From: a virus | Virus record (IMG/VR): IMGVR_UViG_3300027708_002199 | Location: 6,946 to 70,945 of that record | DNA length: 64,000 bases | Strand: one strand, 5' to 3' | Shown here: positions 1 through 9,953 of the stretch, one piece after another | Layout: each line of letters begins with the position of its first letter | Position numbering within the stretch: the first letter of the stretch is position 1 | Made by a program: the position numbers and the translations under genes | The notes under the pieces: model-generated | What the model was told of the DNA's origin: nothing | What the model saw: the letters and a program-made list of their open reading frames with translations, nothing else | Database searches by the model: none

Positions 1-2826
1 ATACATTTTATAAGAAGCAGATGGAGCAACACTAACACCAATATTTGTTCCGTCATCTTGTATCTGACTATTACCTAATGCGGTTGTTCCTGTCCATTTT
101 GGAATGTAATTTGATGTACCACCACCTCTAACAGTACCTGAAAATGGTAAATTAGAATATGTTGTTGCAGATATTGTCGTTGCCGTTAAAGCTTGTAATG
201 ACGTGTTACCTGTAACTGTTAAATTACCGTTAATTGTAAGTCCTGTAATAGTTCCCCCACTAAATGAAGGAAGGTTATTATATGTCGTCGCAGATATTGT
301 ATTTGCACTTAATCCACCTGTAAAGTTAGTAGCCCCCGATACTGTACCACCTGTAAAATTAGAACCTGTTGTCCCTGTAAAGTTGACACCAAAATTAGGA
401 TAGGAGCTTACTATTTGTATGTTTGTCCCACCTGTGATTGTAACAGTTTGGTCAGGTAAAGTATTTGTAATTGTAACAACTCCATTACTTGTTGACGCCG
501 ATATTCCTGTTCCACTTGTAACCGCACTAACAGGCAAATTAAAATATGTCGTCGCAGATATTGTCGTTGCCGTTAAAGCTTGTAATGACGTATTACCCGT
601 AACCGTTAGATTACCGTTGATAGTTAAACCTGTAATACTTCCCCCACTAAATGAAGGTAAGTTGTTATATGTTGTCGCAGATATTGTACCTGTTATTATA
701 TTATTAGTATATAACGTACAGTTAGCCGTAGCATTTAATCCACAACCAATAGCCGAAGAAAAACTACCACTAACAGTATTACCACTACCTCCAAGTACCA
801 TACTGTAGTTACCACTAACAGTATTACCTCTACCTGTTCCAATAAAACTAGAAGAACCACCTGATGTAATAATATTTAAAGTGCCACCTCCAATAAATGA
901 ACAGTTACCACCCGCAGTATTTTTACAACCACCAACAACTGACGATGTTACTCCGCTAGTAATATTTTGAAGTCCCCCTCCAATAAATGAATAAGAGCAA
1001 CAAGAAGTATTTAAACCACCTCCAACAACACTAGCGGAACTTCCACACGATTTATTACCAATACCACCACCAACAAAAGAATAGGTACTATAGGTATTAT
1101 TGAATGCACCACCAACAACTACCGACGCTAATCCTGATGCGGTATTACCTGTACCAGCCAACGATGCCGAAAAATCAGCAGTCGCGTTATTAGCAACCCC
1201 ACATCTAATTGAAGATGTTGTACACGTTCCCTGAATAATAACGGAACTTACAGGTGTATAATTTGTTAATAATCCGTTAGTACTCGAACAAACAGCTTGT
1301 CCTGATGACAACGTACTTGAATAGATTGACCCACAAGAACAAAAATTATTTGTATAAAATGTATTGGGACAAGATGCAACAATATTACACCCAAACACAC
1401 CAATAAATGAGTCAGATATAATATTATTTAACCCGCCAATAACAACTGAATTGGACATTTTACTAGCGCCTGAAATAGTATTTAAACACCCATTAAGGAT
1501 TGAAGAAAATGATGGATAAGTAGAAATTGTGTTTTGATTTCCCCCTCCAATAAATGAATAATTACCACTTGCCCTGTTACAATATCCACCACTTATTGTT
1601 GACTTGTATCCACTCACAGTATTAAATCTTCCCCCACTTACGTTTGAATAATCTCCACTTGCAGTATTACTTGACCCACCACCAACAAATGAAATATAAC
1701 CACTTACAGTGTTACCTGCACCTCCTCCAATAACTGAATAATTGCTACTAACAGTGTTAGTTGAACCTCCTCCAATAATTCCGCCAGTAATTCCAACCAT
1801 AGTATTACATCTACCTGCGCCAATAAATGCTGAGTCACCTCCATTAATATTACAATATCCCCCACTTATCGTTGACGTGGTACCACTTGAGGTATTACAA
1901 TACCCTCCGCTTACGGTTGAACCATTACCACTTGAGGTGTTATTTCGTCCTCCACTTACGGTTGAGTAATAATTACTTGAGGTGTTAAGATATCCACCAC
2001 TTACGGTTGACCTACATCCACTTGAGGTGTTACTTTGTCCTCCACTTACGGTTGAATCATCGCCTATCGCGGTGTTTGAATATCCTCCGCCTACGGTTGA
2101 GTAAGCGTTACTTGCGGTGTTATTTTTTCCTCCACCAACAAAACTATATTTACCTGAAGCGGTATTACCAGAACCCGCAAGAGCTCCTCCAAAATCACCC
2201 GCAGCTGTATTATTTACCCCACATCTAACAGTTGAATTAATACCTGTTCCCGTAATGTATAAACTCGTTCCTGATGTCCCACCTGAACTTGCACCTGACG
2301 AAAACTTTCTCCATACCGCAGTAGCATGAGTTGCTCCACTTACATCTTCAATTGTATTACCCGTCCAAGCGTTAATAAACGATTGTCCCGCAGCGGTCTT
2401 ATTATTTATTGTAGTCCCGAAATCTGATATACGAACACACCCCGTACTAGCAGTTGCAGCATTAAATAATGTTTCGTAATTATTAATATAATATTGATAA
2501 ACTTGGTCTTGCTCATAAACATATACCAACATACCAAGTCGTCTTCTACCTGATGAAATATTATCCGAGGCAAGTGTTATAACATTAGGTGACCAAGCGG
2601 CTCCAGTCCCCTTTGTAAACTCAATAGGGATAGTGTTACCCGAATACTCAATACTCCCTGTTGTTCCTGATGGTATAGTATAATAAAGGTCAGATAAACT
2701 ATAAACCTCCATGTAACCACCAGTATTGTTAACACTAAAAGTAGTACCATAGGTATTGTTTCTTGGCACAGTCTGTGTTCCATTTACTTGAATTGACGAT
2801 ATTGGATTTTTATATGGGAAACTCAT
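1..2826 (-). CDS. Tail fibre / adhesin-like protein with 15-aa Gly-rich beta-roll type repeats (3' end runs off the window)
   Basis: Absent from ORF track (no stop in window). Manual translation from ATG at 2826 is open to position 1: MSFPYKNPISS...RRRLGMLVYVY...many S-x-V/I-S/G-G-G-x-x-N-T-x-S-G repeats, resembling trimeric autotransporter (YadA-like) head repeats; lies at the end of a tail gene cluster. Confidence 0.8.
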   Translation of the reverse strand, partial: MSFPYKNPISSIQVNGTQTVPRNNTYGTTFSVNNTGGYMEVYSLSDLYYTIPSGTTGSIEYSGNTIPIEFTKGTGAAWSPNVITLASDNISSGRRRLGMLVYVYEQDQVYQYYINNYETLFNAATASTGCVRISDFGTTINNKTAAGQSFINAWTGNTIEDVSGATHATAVWRKFSSGASSGGTSGTSLYITGTGINSTVRCGVNNTAAGDFGGALAGSGNTASGKYSFVGGGKNNTASNAYSTVGGGYSNTAIGDDSTVSGGQSNTSSGCRSTVSGGYLNTSSNYYSTVSGGRNNTSSGNGSTVSGGYCNTSSGTTSTISGGYCNINGGDSAFIGAGRCNTMVGITGGIIGGGSTNTVSSNYSVIGGGAGNTVSGYISFVGGGSSNTASGDYSNVSGGRFNTVSGYKSTISGGYCNRASGNYSFIGGGNQNTISTYPSFSSILNGCLNTISGASKMSNSVVIGGLNNIISDSFIGVFGCNIVASCPNTFYTNNFCSCGSIYSSTLSSGQAVCSSTNGLLTNYTPVSSVIIQGTCTTSSIRCGVANNATADFSASLAGTGNTASGLASVVVGGAFNNTYSTYSFVGGGIGNKSCGSSASVVGGGLNTSCCSYSFIGGGLQNITSGVTSSVVGGCKNTAGGNCSFIGGGTLNIITSGGSSSFIGTGRGNTVSGNYSMVLGGSGNTVSGSFSSAIGCGLNATANCTLYTNNIITGTISATTYNNLPSFSGGSITGLTINGNLTVTGNTSLQALTATTISATTYFNLPVSAVTSGTGISASTSNGVVTITNTLPDQTVTITGGTNIQIVSSYPNFGVNFTGTTGSNFTGGTVSGATNFTGGLSANTISATTYNNLPSFSGGTITGLTINGNLTVTGNTSLQALTATTISATTYSNLPFSGTVRGGGTSNYIPKWTGTTALGNSQIQDDGTNIGVSVAPSASYKMY
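157..688. repeat. ~145 bp intragenic direct repeat (157-301 and 544-688)
   Basis: Two copies 387 bp (129 codons) apart encoding TISATTYNNLPSFSGG(T/S)ITGLTINGNLTVTGNTSLQALTATTISATTY; differences mostly synonymous. Confidence 0.9.
1860..2125. repeat. 45-bp period tandem coding repeat
   Basis: ccacttacggttga-like units end at 1875, 1920, 1965, 2010, 2055, 2100; encode STVSGGxxNTSSxxx. Confidence 0.9.
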
Positions 2827-2835
2827 TTACTATAA

Positions 2836-3870
2836 TTATATATCAATCTTACTTCCTCTAAAATAAAGGTCATAAGTATTATCCAATTCAAACGTATTTG
2901 ATGGGTATGTGGTGTAAACTCTATATGTTGTCTTAACAATTGTACCACCAGTATAAGTGAATGTGTTAGCGTAAATTGTTGGTTCCATTTTCACACTTGT
3001 AAAGACATTTGGATTAACAATCCCCAAATCAATTTCAACTTGATACTTGTAATTTGTATATACCACAGGTATTATCCATGTGTACCATGCTTTAGAACCT
3101 ACAGTATTTTCAGCAACTTTTGTAGTTAAAAAATTATAAGCAATTTTTGGATTACCATATGAGTCAAAACCACTTGTCGTGATTGGTATCGTCTGTTTGA
3201 TAATCGACGGAAATAATCCTGTTGTCCACCCTGAAAAATTAACATATCGATTCATATCAGAGTCAAACGTACTTGCCGAACTACTTGGTTGTGTTGTGTT
3301 TGTGAATCCATAGAAACTCGACCCAAGTGAACTCATATAAGAACCAATACTCGATGAACCTGAATAAGGCTCAATAAATAAATAACCATATAATAAAGGT
3401 TCAGGTGTTGGTGTAGGTGTAGGAGTTGTTGTAACAGTTGGAGTTACGGTCTTAGTAGGTGTAATACTTGGAGTTACGGTCTTAGTAGGTGTAATACTTG
3501 GAGTTACGGTCTTAGTCGGTGTAATAGTTGGAGTAATACTCGGTGTCGGTGTATGTGATGGTGTAATACTCGGTGTTGGTGTATGTGATGGTGTTAAAGA
3601 AATCGTTGGGGTAATACTCGGAGTAATACTCGGAGTTGGTGTCGGTGTCACACACATATATTCTTGTGTAAACACACATCCCGTAGAATCAACTATTTTA
3701 ATTAATAATTTGGGAGCACTTGTATATCCACTCGGTATTGGAAAACTAACTGCCGGTGGAATGTAATTTACAAAAGTGTCGACAAACTGACAATTAAATT
3801 GGAAAATGTCACAAACATATATTTGATATGGTGGAACACCTGATATGTTATCAATTGTAATTAAACTCAT
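2836..3870 (-). CDS. Putative virion protein with Thr/Pro-rich (TPTPSI) linker
   Basis: ORF 344 aa; N-terminal beta domain, ~80 aa TP repeat, C-terminal globular domain; within tail cluster. Confidence 0.6.
   Translation of the reverse strand: MSLITIDNISGVPPYQIYVCDIFQFNCQFVDTFVNYIPPAVSFPIPSGYTSAPKLLIKIVDSTGCVFTQEYMCVTPTPTPSITPSITPTISLTPSHTPTPSITPSHTPTPSITPTITPTKTVTPSITPTKTVTPSITPTKTVTPTVTTTPTPTPTPEPLLYGYLFIEPYSGSSSIGSYMSSLGSSFYGFTNTTQPSSSASTFDSDMNRYVNFSGWTTGLFPSIIKQTIPITTSGFDSYGNPKIAYNFLTTKVAENTVGSKAWYTWIIPVVYTNYKYQVEIDLGIVNPNVFTSVKMEPTIYANTFTYTGGTIVKTTYRVYTTYPSNTFELDNTYDLYFRGSKIDI
3405..3650. repeat. Thr/Pro coding repeat including three near-perfect 30-bp units (3440-3529)
   Basis: ggagttacggtcttagtaggtgtaatactt x3 plus degenerate units. 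Confidence 0.9.
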
Positions 3871-3896
3871 CTAAAATAAATACTTCAAACAAAACT

Positions 3897-6041
3897 TTAA
3901 GTCCTACATGAAATATTATAAACTACTCTAACACTAATTGTTAATAGTTCGTCTTTATATACTTCAACACCTCCAACAACTTTGGATTCAATAACAATAG
4001 TATTTGTGTCAGGATTAATTTCAGTGTTTTGTAAATTAGGTATTAAAGTGAGTAGTGACTCAATAGCCGTTATAAAATTATCGATTGATGGTATTGAATT
4101 TAAATTAGGTGACACATAAAATACTGAGGAATATGTCGTACCAGTTATTTCAATATCACAATTAAATTGAGCGTAATTTAATTTGCAATCTTCATGGCCT
4201 TTAACTAAATTAGCATATCCTGTAAATAACATATTTTTGAAATCATATGTTTTTGTAGGTATGTAAGTTGGTGTTGAAACTTTAACAGGTTGAGTTCTTG
4301 AAAAATTAATTAATGGATTACATGTTATTGTCTTACTTTTAGTCGTCACACATCCTGTTTCAGCGCTTACAGATAACGTATATGTTCCCGCAGTTAATCC
4401 TGTAAGATATACCCCTGTCTGTCCATTAACATTACTACTCCATGTTAAATCAACAGGAAAATCTGTATAATTAACCATAGCACTTATTGTCCCCCCACTA
4501 CCATTCCCACAATTTGTGCTATATAAAAGAACATTAATAGGACTAGTATCAATAACATTAACCGAATAACTTTGGCTACAGTAGTTTGAGTCAGTAACAA
4601 TTAAATCGTAAACCCCGGCAGTTAGATTAGAAAACGTATATGCCGTTGATATAGTTTGTATTGATGTTACACCATTAGATAAACTATAGGTATAAGTTAA
4701 TCCCGTCACAACGGGTGTAACTTCTAAATAGATACTACCACCATTGAAACTACAATTTGTTGTTGTTGCACTTATTGAAACTCCAAATGATAAACTTGTA
4801 TTGATTGAGAAGTTTTTAGTGTATGTACAAGCCGATGTTGCGTCATTTATTGTTACGGTATAATTACCTGAAGCTAAATTACCAAATGATTGGTTTGGTA
4901 TATTAACATAATTAATTAATGTATAACCACTATTGTTTGTAAAGTTGTAAGTGTAAGGTGTTGTACCCCCTTGTAACTGAATACTATAAATACCTGAATT
5001 ATTATTACAACTCGAATCAGTTATTGACTCAGAGACAACAAAGAAAGTATTTGGTGTTTGTAATACAACATTAAATGTTGCAGTGCATAAAGCAACATCA
5101 GTAACTTCTAACGTATAATTACCAGCAGATAAACCACTGAAAGTTAAAAATTGGTCATAACTAACTAACGAGTCCCCATTACTTAACAAATAAAAATAAG
5201 GCCCTGTTCCACCTGATATGTAATAAGTAATTGAACCTGTTGAACCTGTACATGTTGGTGAAACTAATGTATACGTTATTAACCCTATCGGGTCAGCATT
5301 TAATACTGTCGTTGTTTTTGTTATCGAACATCCTTGTGAATCAGTAACGGTACAAAAATAGTTACCTGTAGTTAAACCCGTAACAGATGATGTGGTTGGA
5401 GAACCACTAATATTTGATGACCAAACGTATGTGTATGGTGGTATTCCTGTAACACCTGTAACAAATAACTTACCATTTGTAAGTGAACATGCCGGATTAT
5501 TAACAACATAAAACCCAAAATCCATAGAGCTTGTATTGTAAAGCACAACATTCTCAGATTTACCATAACATCCTCCATAGTTTGTACAAGTCGCGTAATA
5601 AACACCTTCAGGTAAATTAATAAATGTATATTGATTGGCACTTGTAACTGATGCCGTACTATATTGAATATTATCTTTAAATAATGTTATTTCATTAGTA
5701 CCGTAATTGGTATATGTATTAACCGTCAATGAACCGTTTGACAACCCACAAGATGTATTTTGAACATCTTGTATGAATAGAGTACTAGCTGAAGTGATAT
5801 AAACTTGTATAACTCCTGAAGATTGATTAACCGGAACTGACGAATCATTTACATAAAATTGATATGTACCCGCACTTAACCCTGTAAGTGAGTAATTTCC
5901 CGTTGTAGACGCCGAAGTGTATAATGGGGTTAACCAATTTACAATATAAGGAGTATTACCACTTGTAAAATTAATACTAAAACTACCTAAATTACTGTTA
6001 GTACAATCTCCAGTTACTGATATGTTATAAAAAAATGACAT
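3897..6041 (-). CDS. SprB-repeat-like (Ig-like beta-sandwich repeat) virion protein
   Basis: ~7 repeats of C...GSI.....GG..PY.Y.....GL.AG.Y...VTD...C, e.g. GVTGIPPYTYVWSS...GLTTGNYFCTVTDSQGC, the pattern of Bacteroidota SprB repeats. Confidence 0.75.
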   Translation of the reverse strand: MSFFYNISVTGDCTNSNLGSFSINFTSGNTPYIVNWLTPLYTSASTTGNYSLTGLSAGTYQFYVNDSSVPVNQSSGVIQVYITSASTLFIQDVQNTSCGLSNGSLTVNTYTNYGTNEITLFKDNIQYSTASVTSANQYTFINLPEGVYYATCTNYGGCYGKSENVVLYNTSSMDFGFYVVNNPACSLTNGKLFVTGVTGIPPYTYVWSSNISGSPTTSSVTGLTTGNYFCTVTDSQGCSITKTTTVLNADPIGLITYTLVSPTCTGSTGSITYYISGGTGPYFYLLSNGDSLVSYDQFLTFSGLSAGNYTLEVTDVALCTATFNVVLQTPNTFFVVSESITDSSCNNNSGIYSIQLQGGTTPYTYNFTNNSGYTLINYVNIPNQSFGNLASGNYTVTINDATSACTYTKNFSINTSLSFGVSISATTTNCSFNGGSIYLEVTPVVTGLTYTYSLSNGVTSIQTISTAYTFSNLTAGVYDLIVTDSNYCSQSYSVNVIDTSPINVLLYSTNCGNGSGGTISAMVNYTDFPVDLTWSSNVNGQTGVYLTGLTAGTYTLSVSAETGCVTTKSKTITCNPLINFSRTQPVKVSTPTYIPTKTYDFKNMLFTGYANLVKGHEDCKLNYAQFNCDIEITGTTYSSVFYVSPNLNSIPSIDNFITAIESLLTLIPNLQNTEINPDTNTIVIESKVVGGVEVYKDELLTISVRVVYNISCRT

Positions 6042-6042
6042 A

Positions 6043-8997
6043 TTATTGACAGCTTGTTGTTAAATTAACTATAATGTTTATGTCAGTAGACGTTGGAGCG
6101 GTTTCAAAAAACGTAACGTTATTTGATTCTAAAATATAATATAAAACAGGATATGAATAATCATAAGTAGCATTAATCCCATATAACCATAACTGACTTT
6201 GTATTTCACTAAATCCTGCAATAACAATATCATACCATTGTTGGTTTGTTAATGTTGCTCCATGAAAATTAGTTTGAGGATTTCCATTATAAACAAAGTC
6301 AACTCCATTAATAGTAAATGAAAACCCAAAATAAACTGATACGTTATTTGGATTTGGATTACAAGCATTTTGAGTTATCCAATCTTGTAATGTCATATTA
6401 TACGCATCAATAACATAACTTTGGTCAACAAATAAAATTGGATAAGTTACAGATGGGGCCCCTAAAGTTCCTTCAACAGTACCATTACTAATTGGACCTA
6501 CGGTGTTTTCGGAGACAGTTTGACACATTCTTTGTCTTCTATAAACAAACTTTTGTCTATGGAAAATAGAGTTCTCAAACTTAGTACCTGTATTCCAAAT
6601 AGTTGTTGCCGGCATAAATTGTTCAACCAATCGTATCCATGAATCACCCAAACCATTAATATATTCAATCATGTTTTGATAATTAAAATTATCATTTTGG
6701 ATTCCAACATCTTGATACATAGTAAGATATTTCCAAAATAAAGATTGTAATGTAGGATATCCACTTGTCTTACCATCAGAGGAGAATTGTCTATTTCTCA
6801 CATTAATCATGTTACTCCAAAAAGTTTTATAAAACTCAAAGAAGGTTTCATATTGTGGTTGTGGATTAATAAACGTCCAATCTATCCCACCAACTTGTGG
6901 ATATGGATTAGACAACCCTGATGATGGTATAGGATAGTTTTGTGTGTTTGATAGATACCAAACATCATAAACCAACGCTTGAGCAGGATTTAAAAACAAA
7001 TCAACGTTCTTAACATTTAATACTAACCTATCATCACTAACTGTATAATAAGCGTCAAATAAATCGTCAGTATTTTTTCGTAATGGTGGTTGTAAATTAC
7101 TCCAGCTCTTTTTGTTATCATTAACTTTTTTAAGTGAAAATCCGTAATTTAAGAAAGGAAAATCTCTAAATGTTTCTAAATATTTTTGACCATATGTAAA
7201 TGGTTCTAATTGTGTTTGAACATTTAAGTTTTGTCCAGTAAATGAATTAGTAGTTATAATTAATTCTTCAGGAGACCTATGTTCAGGTGTTTGTTCAAAC
7301 CATCCTTCCCCTTTTTGAAAAAACATGTTAGCAGTATTTGCTCTTGGTTTTGGATATCCTTCACTATCAACTGGATAGTCATCTATTGTTGTCGTAACGG
7401 TTTCTATTGTTGTTGTTGAGGTATACGCAGTAAATGGGTTACCCTGGAAACTATATATGTTTAAAGGGTCTAATGACGGTGTTTCAGGTATGAATACCCC
7501 ACCTGAAATTTGTTGGAATAACTCATTAAATCTTTCAATATCAATAGGACTATCAGCAACATAAACATTTTCATTAAACTCTATTAACGCCTCGGGAGCT
7601 CCAATATAATTCATTAAAAAATCAATTGCCTTTCTTGTACCTTTTGACTTATACAAATACGCTGAATTTAAAATTAAATTCCTATAAAATTGACTGTTTA
7701 AATCATCAATAGTTTGACTTGTTGAATACCCAGGAAAAGCGTTTTCAGTTGTTCCATAAACGGAAGTAAGATAATCGACATTTGTAATTGGTGATATGTT
7801 TGTTGACCATCCTAAGGTTTCCGCCAAATTTGGCAACAACTTAGATGGTATATCATTACCAACATTATAATTTACAGAAGTCATGAATGAAAGTGCGTCT
7901 ATGTATTTTTTACTTTCATCAAAACTTCTTCCATATATTCTTAAAGTTTTTTCGACTTTTTTATCAGGAGTATCAAATTCTTGAAAAGCATCTGTTACAT
8001 AAAATCTTGATAATAAATCAGTTTGTTGACTATCAAATTCATTTCCTATTTGATTTAAAGTTTGAATATAAGAAGAGAAATTTTCAGTTCTTATATCTAA
8101 GTTCCATGACCCATCTAAAGGCCAAGTAACATTTTGATATCTTGTAAAAATATTACCATTATCCGCCTCAGTTGGTATTTGAAACTGAGCAGTATATATT
8201 GGAGTAACATATCTATATAAAAGGAACTCGTCAACCTCATCTAAATTAAGATTAAAAACTTCATTAACAATAACATCATTTGGTCTAATAACTATAGTAT
8301 CAACCGATGTTGAGTTACCTGAAAAAGGATTTCCATCAACTTGTATTGTTAATGTACCGGCAGTTAAACTTTGTGATGGAAATAAATATGATAAAGGATA
8401 TTGTCCCCCATTTACTATTAAAACATATGCCGGATATGTTTCTTTAAGATTTCTATATTTTGATATTGAGAACTCTAAACTATTAATGTCACTAGTCGCA
8501 TTTACAGTAAAATTTATCCCAAAAGGATTTCTTATTGCAGTTATATCTAAATCTAATTCTGTAACATTTTCATTTGAATAAAATGTAATATTTTGAGCGG
8601 TATTACCTGTGGTATAACCTTCTCTCAAATTAATTATTTCTAAAGCCGCTGGAAAATAATTAATAATATTAATTATTGACGATTCAAATCTTTTTGTTAA
8701 AGAACCATAAGCTGTAAAATTGGTAATTTTTGAACTATCAAAATTTGGAGTTACTTTAAAATTGTTTTGAAAAATTTGAAATGATTTTCCTAAATCAATA
8801 CCTAAGTCATTTAACGATATAGGAGTTGAGAATGTACCAATATCAAAACTTCGATTAACTTTCTCAACAACCGTTGTAGTAAAATCAAAATTAGCATTGG
8901 TTAATCCACCACCTTGCACAAGTTGTAACCCGACAATATTATCGGAGAATGTACTAGCACCTGTAGGCCCTTGTGGTGGACATTTATATTTTACCAT
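6043..8997 (-). CDS. Baseplate wedge-like protein (T4 gp7 / P2 gpI-like segment)
   Basis: 984 aa; LPNLAETLGW...YLYKSKGTRKAIDFLMNYIG resembles the KGT motif of gpI/gp7-type wedge proteins; downstream of J-like gene. Confidence 0.6.
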   Translation of the reverse strand: MVKYKCPPQGPTGASTFSDNIVGLQLVQGGGLTNANFDFTTTVVEKVNRSFDIGTFSTPISLNDLGIDLGKSFQIFQNNFKVTPNFDSSKITNFTAYGSLTKRFESSIINIINYFPAALEIINLREGYTTGNTAQNITFYSNENVTELDLDITAIRNPFGINFTVNATSDINSLEFSISKYRNLKETYPAYVLIVNGGQYPLSYLFPSQSLTAGTLTIQVDGNPFSGNSTSVDTIVIRPNDVIVNEVFNLNLDEVDEFLLYRYVTPIYTAQFQIPTEADNGNIFTRYQNVTWPLDGSWNLDIRTENFSSYIQTLNQIGNEFDSQQTDLLSRFYVTDAFQEFDTPDKKVEKTLRIYGRSFDESKKYIDALSFMTSVNYNVGNDIPSKLLPNLAETLGWSTNISPITNVDYLTSVYGTTENAFPGYSTSQTIDDLNSQFYRNLILNSAYLYKSKGTRKAIDFLMNYIGAPEALIEFNENVYVADSPIDIERFNELFQQISGGVFIPETPSLDPLNIYSFQGNPFTAYTSTTTIETVTTTIDDYPVDSEGYPKPRANTANMFFQKGEGWFEQTPEHRSPEELIITTNSFTGQNLNVQTQLEPFTYGQKYLETFRDFPFLNYGFSLKKVNDNKKSWSNLQPPLRKNTDDLFDAYYTVSDDRLVLNVKNVDLFLNPAQALVYDVWYLSNTQNYPIPSSGLSNPYPQVGGIDWTFINPQPQYETFFEFYKTFWSNMINVRNRQFSSDGKTSGYPTLQSLFWKYLTMYQDVGIQNDNFNYQNMIEYINGLGDSWIRLVEQFMPATTIWNTGTKFENSIFHRQKFVYRRQRMCQTVSENTVGPISNGTVEGTLGAPSVTYPILFVDQSYVIDAYNMTLQDWITQNACNPNPNNVSVYFGFSFTINGVDFVYNGNPQTNFHGATLTNQQWYDIVIAGFSEIQSQLWLYGINATYDYSYPVLYYILESNNVTFFETAPTSTDINIIVNLTTSCQ

Positions 8998-9902
8998 TAA
9001 ACAATAATAGTTTGAAAGTTTTTAGTGAAATCGATATTGTCCCCTCTGTCTTGTCTAACTTCATATAACAAGTCGTTTAATTGGTCTCTAATTTCATATA
9101 AGTTATATTGTTTGTATATGTTATTAGAAGTATCGTAGATAGTATAAATTCCATCATCAATTGATTTAGTTTGATTACCGTAAAGAGCAATCGCCAATGT
9201 TGAGATATCATGTTCAACAATTTCAACTTCCAATGATATTGGATTAAAGAATGTATTTGTAATTACAATATTTTGATTTGGTTGCCCAATGTTAGGTATT
9301 GCGTTTGGTCTATTTGTTGGTGCGGATGATGGTGATAAAGTACAAAATACTAAATTAGATGACCCTTGAGAATAGATATATCTAATAGATTTGTCTTGTG
9401 TGTTTGTTAAGTTTTGAGTAACAGGTTCACAATAAAAATTAGAAGTAATTATTCTGTAAAAATTAGGGATTTTTGTATTATCTGTTGGGTCGTAATATTC
9501 AACTCTAAATCCAGTTAATCCTTGATTCGCAAAGTTTGTTAAAAAATTTGATGGGACATTTGTTAAATCAATTACTATCCCTTTTACATTAGGTAAAGAA
9601 CTTAAAATACCACAATCAGTAATTACAGTTTTAATTTGAGCAGGTCTTAAAATTAATGTGTAAATCCCTAAGTTATTAAATTGATTAGCAGGTAAATTTA
9701 AATTATATAAACCACCTAATATTTGATTTGTATTACCACCTGTATTCGCGTTATTGAAATATGGTATAAGATTAGAGTTTGGTATCGTGAAAAGAGTGAA
9801 ATTTTCAGTTTGGTCGCGCGATGCCGTATAATGAACTATTATTTCAACATCAGCGGGGCTTACATCCGCTAGTCTTATTGTTCCGTAATTACCTGTTGCC
9901 AC
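8997..9902 (-). CDS. Hypothetical virion structural protein
   Basis: 301 aa ORF, GTG start, coupled to next gene, TATTTAT motif upstream. Confidence 0.55.
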   Translation of the reverse strand: MATGNYGTIRLADVSPADVEIIVHYTASRDQTENFTLFTIPNSNLIPYFNNANTGGNTNQILGGLYNLNLPANQFNNLGIYTLILRPAQIKTVITDCGILSSLPNVKGIVIDLTNVPSNFLTNFANQGLTGFRVEYYDPTDNTKIPNFYRIITSNFYCEPVTQNLTNTQDKSIRYIYSQGSSNLVFCTLSPSSAPTNRPNAIPNIGQPNQNIVITNTFFNPISLEVEIVEHDISTLAIALYGNQTKSIDDGIYTIYDTSNNIYKQYNLYEIRDQLNDLLYEVRQDRGDNIDFTKNFQTIIV

Positions 9903-9953
9903 AAATTTTTATTTATGTATGTTTATTTTTATAAATAGTAATAATGATTTTTT

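Noticed and set aside
157-688. Repeat pair as DGR template/variable regions
   Set aside because: Both copies are in frame in the same ORF, differences are mostly synonymous rather than adenine-specific, and no reverse transcriptase is in the window
1860-2125. 45-bp periodic repeat as CRISPR array
   Set aside because: Degenerate, codon-phased units without unique 30-40 bp spacers; encodes protein repeats; no cas genes
203-2783. Short ORF-track calls at 203-2329 (+) and 2577-2783 (-)
   Set aside because: Antisense or out-of-frame shadows of the long minus-strand fibre ORF 1-2826
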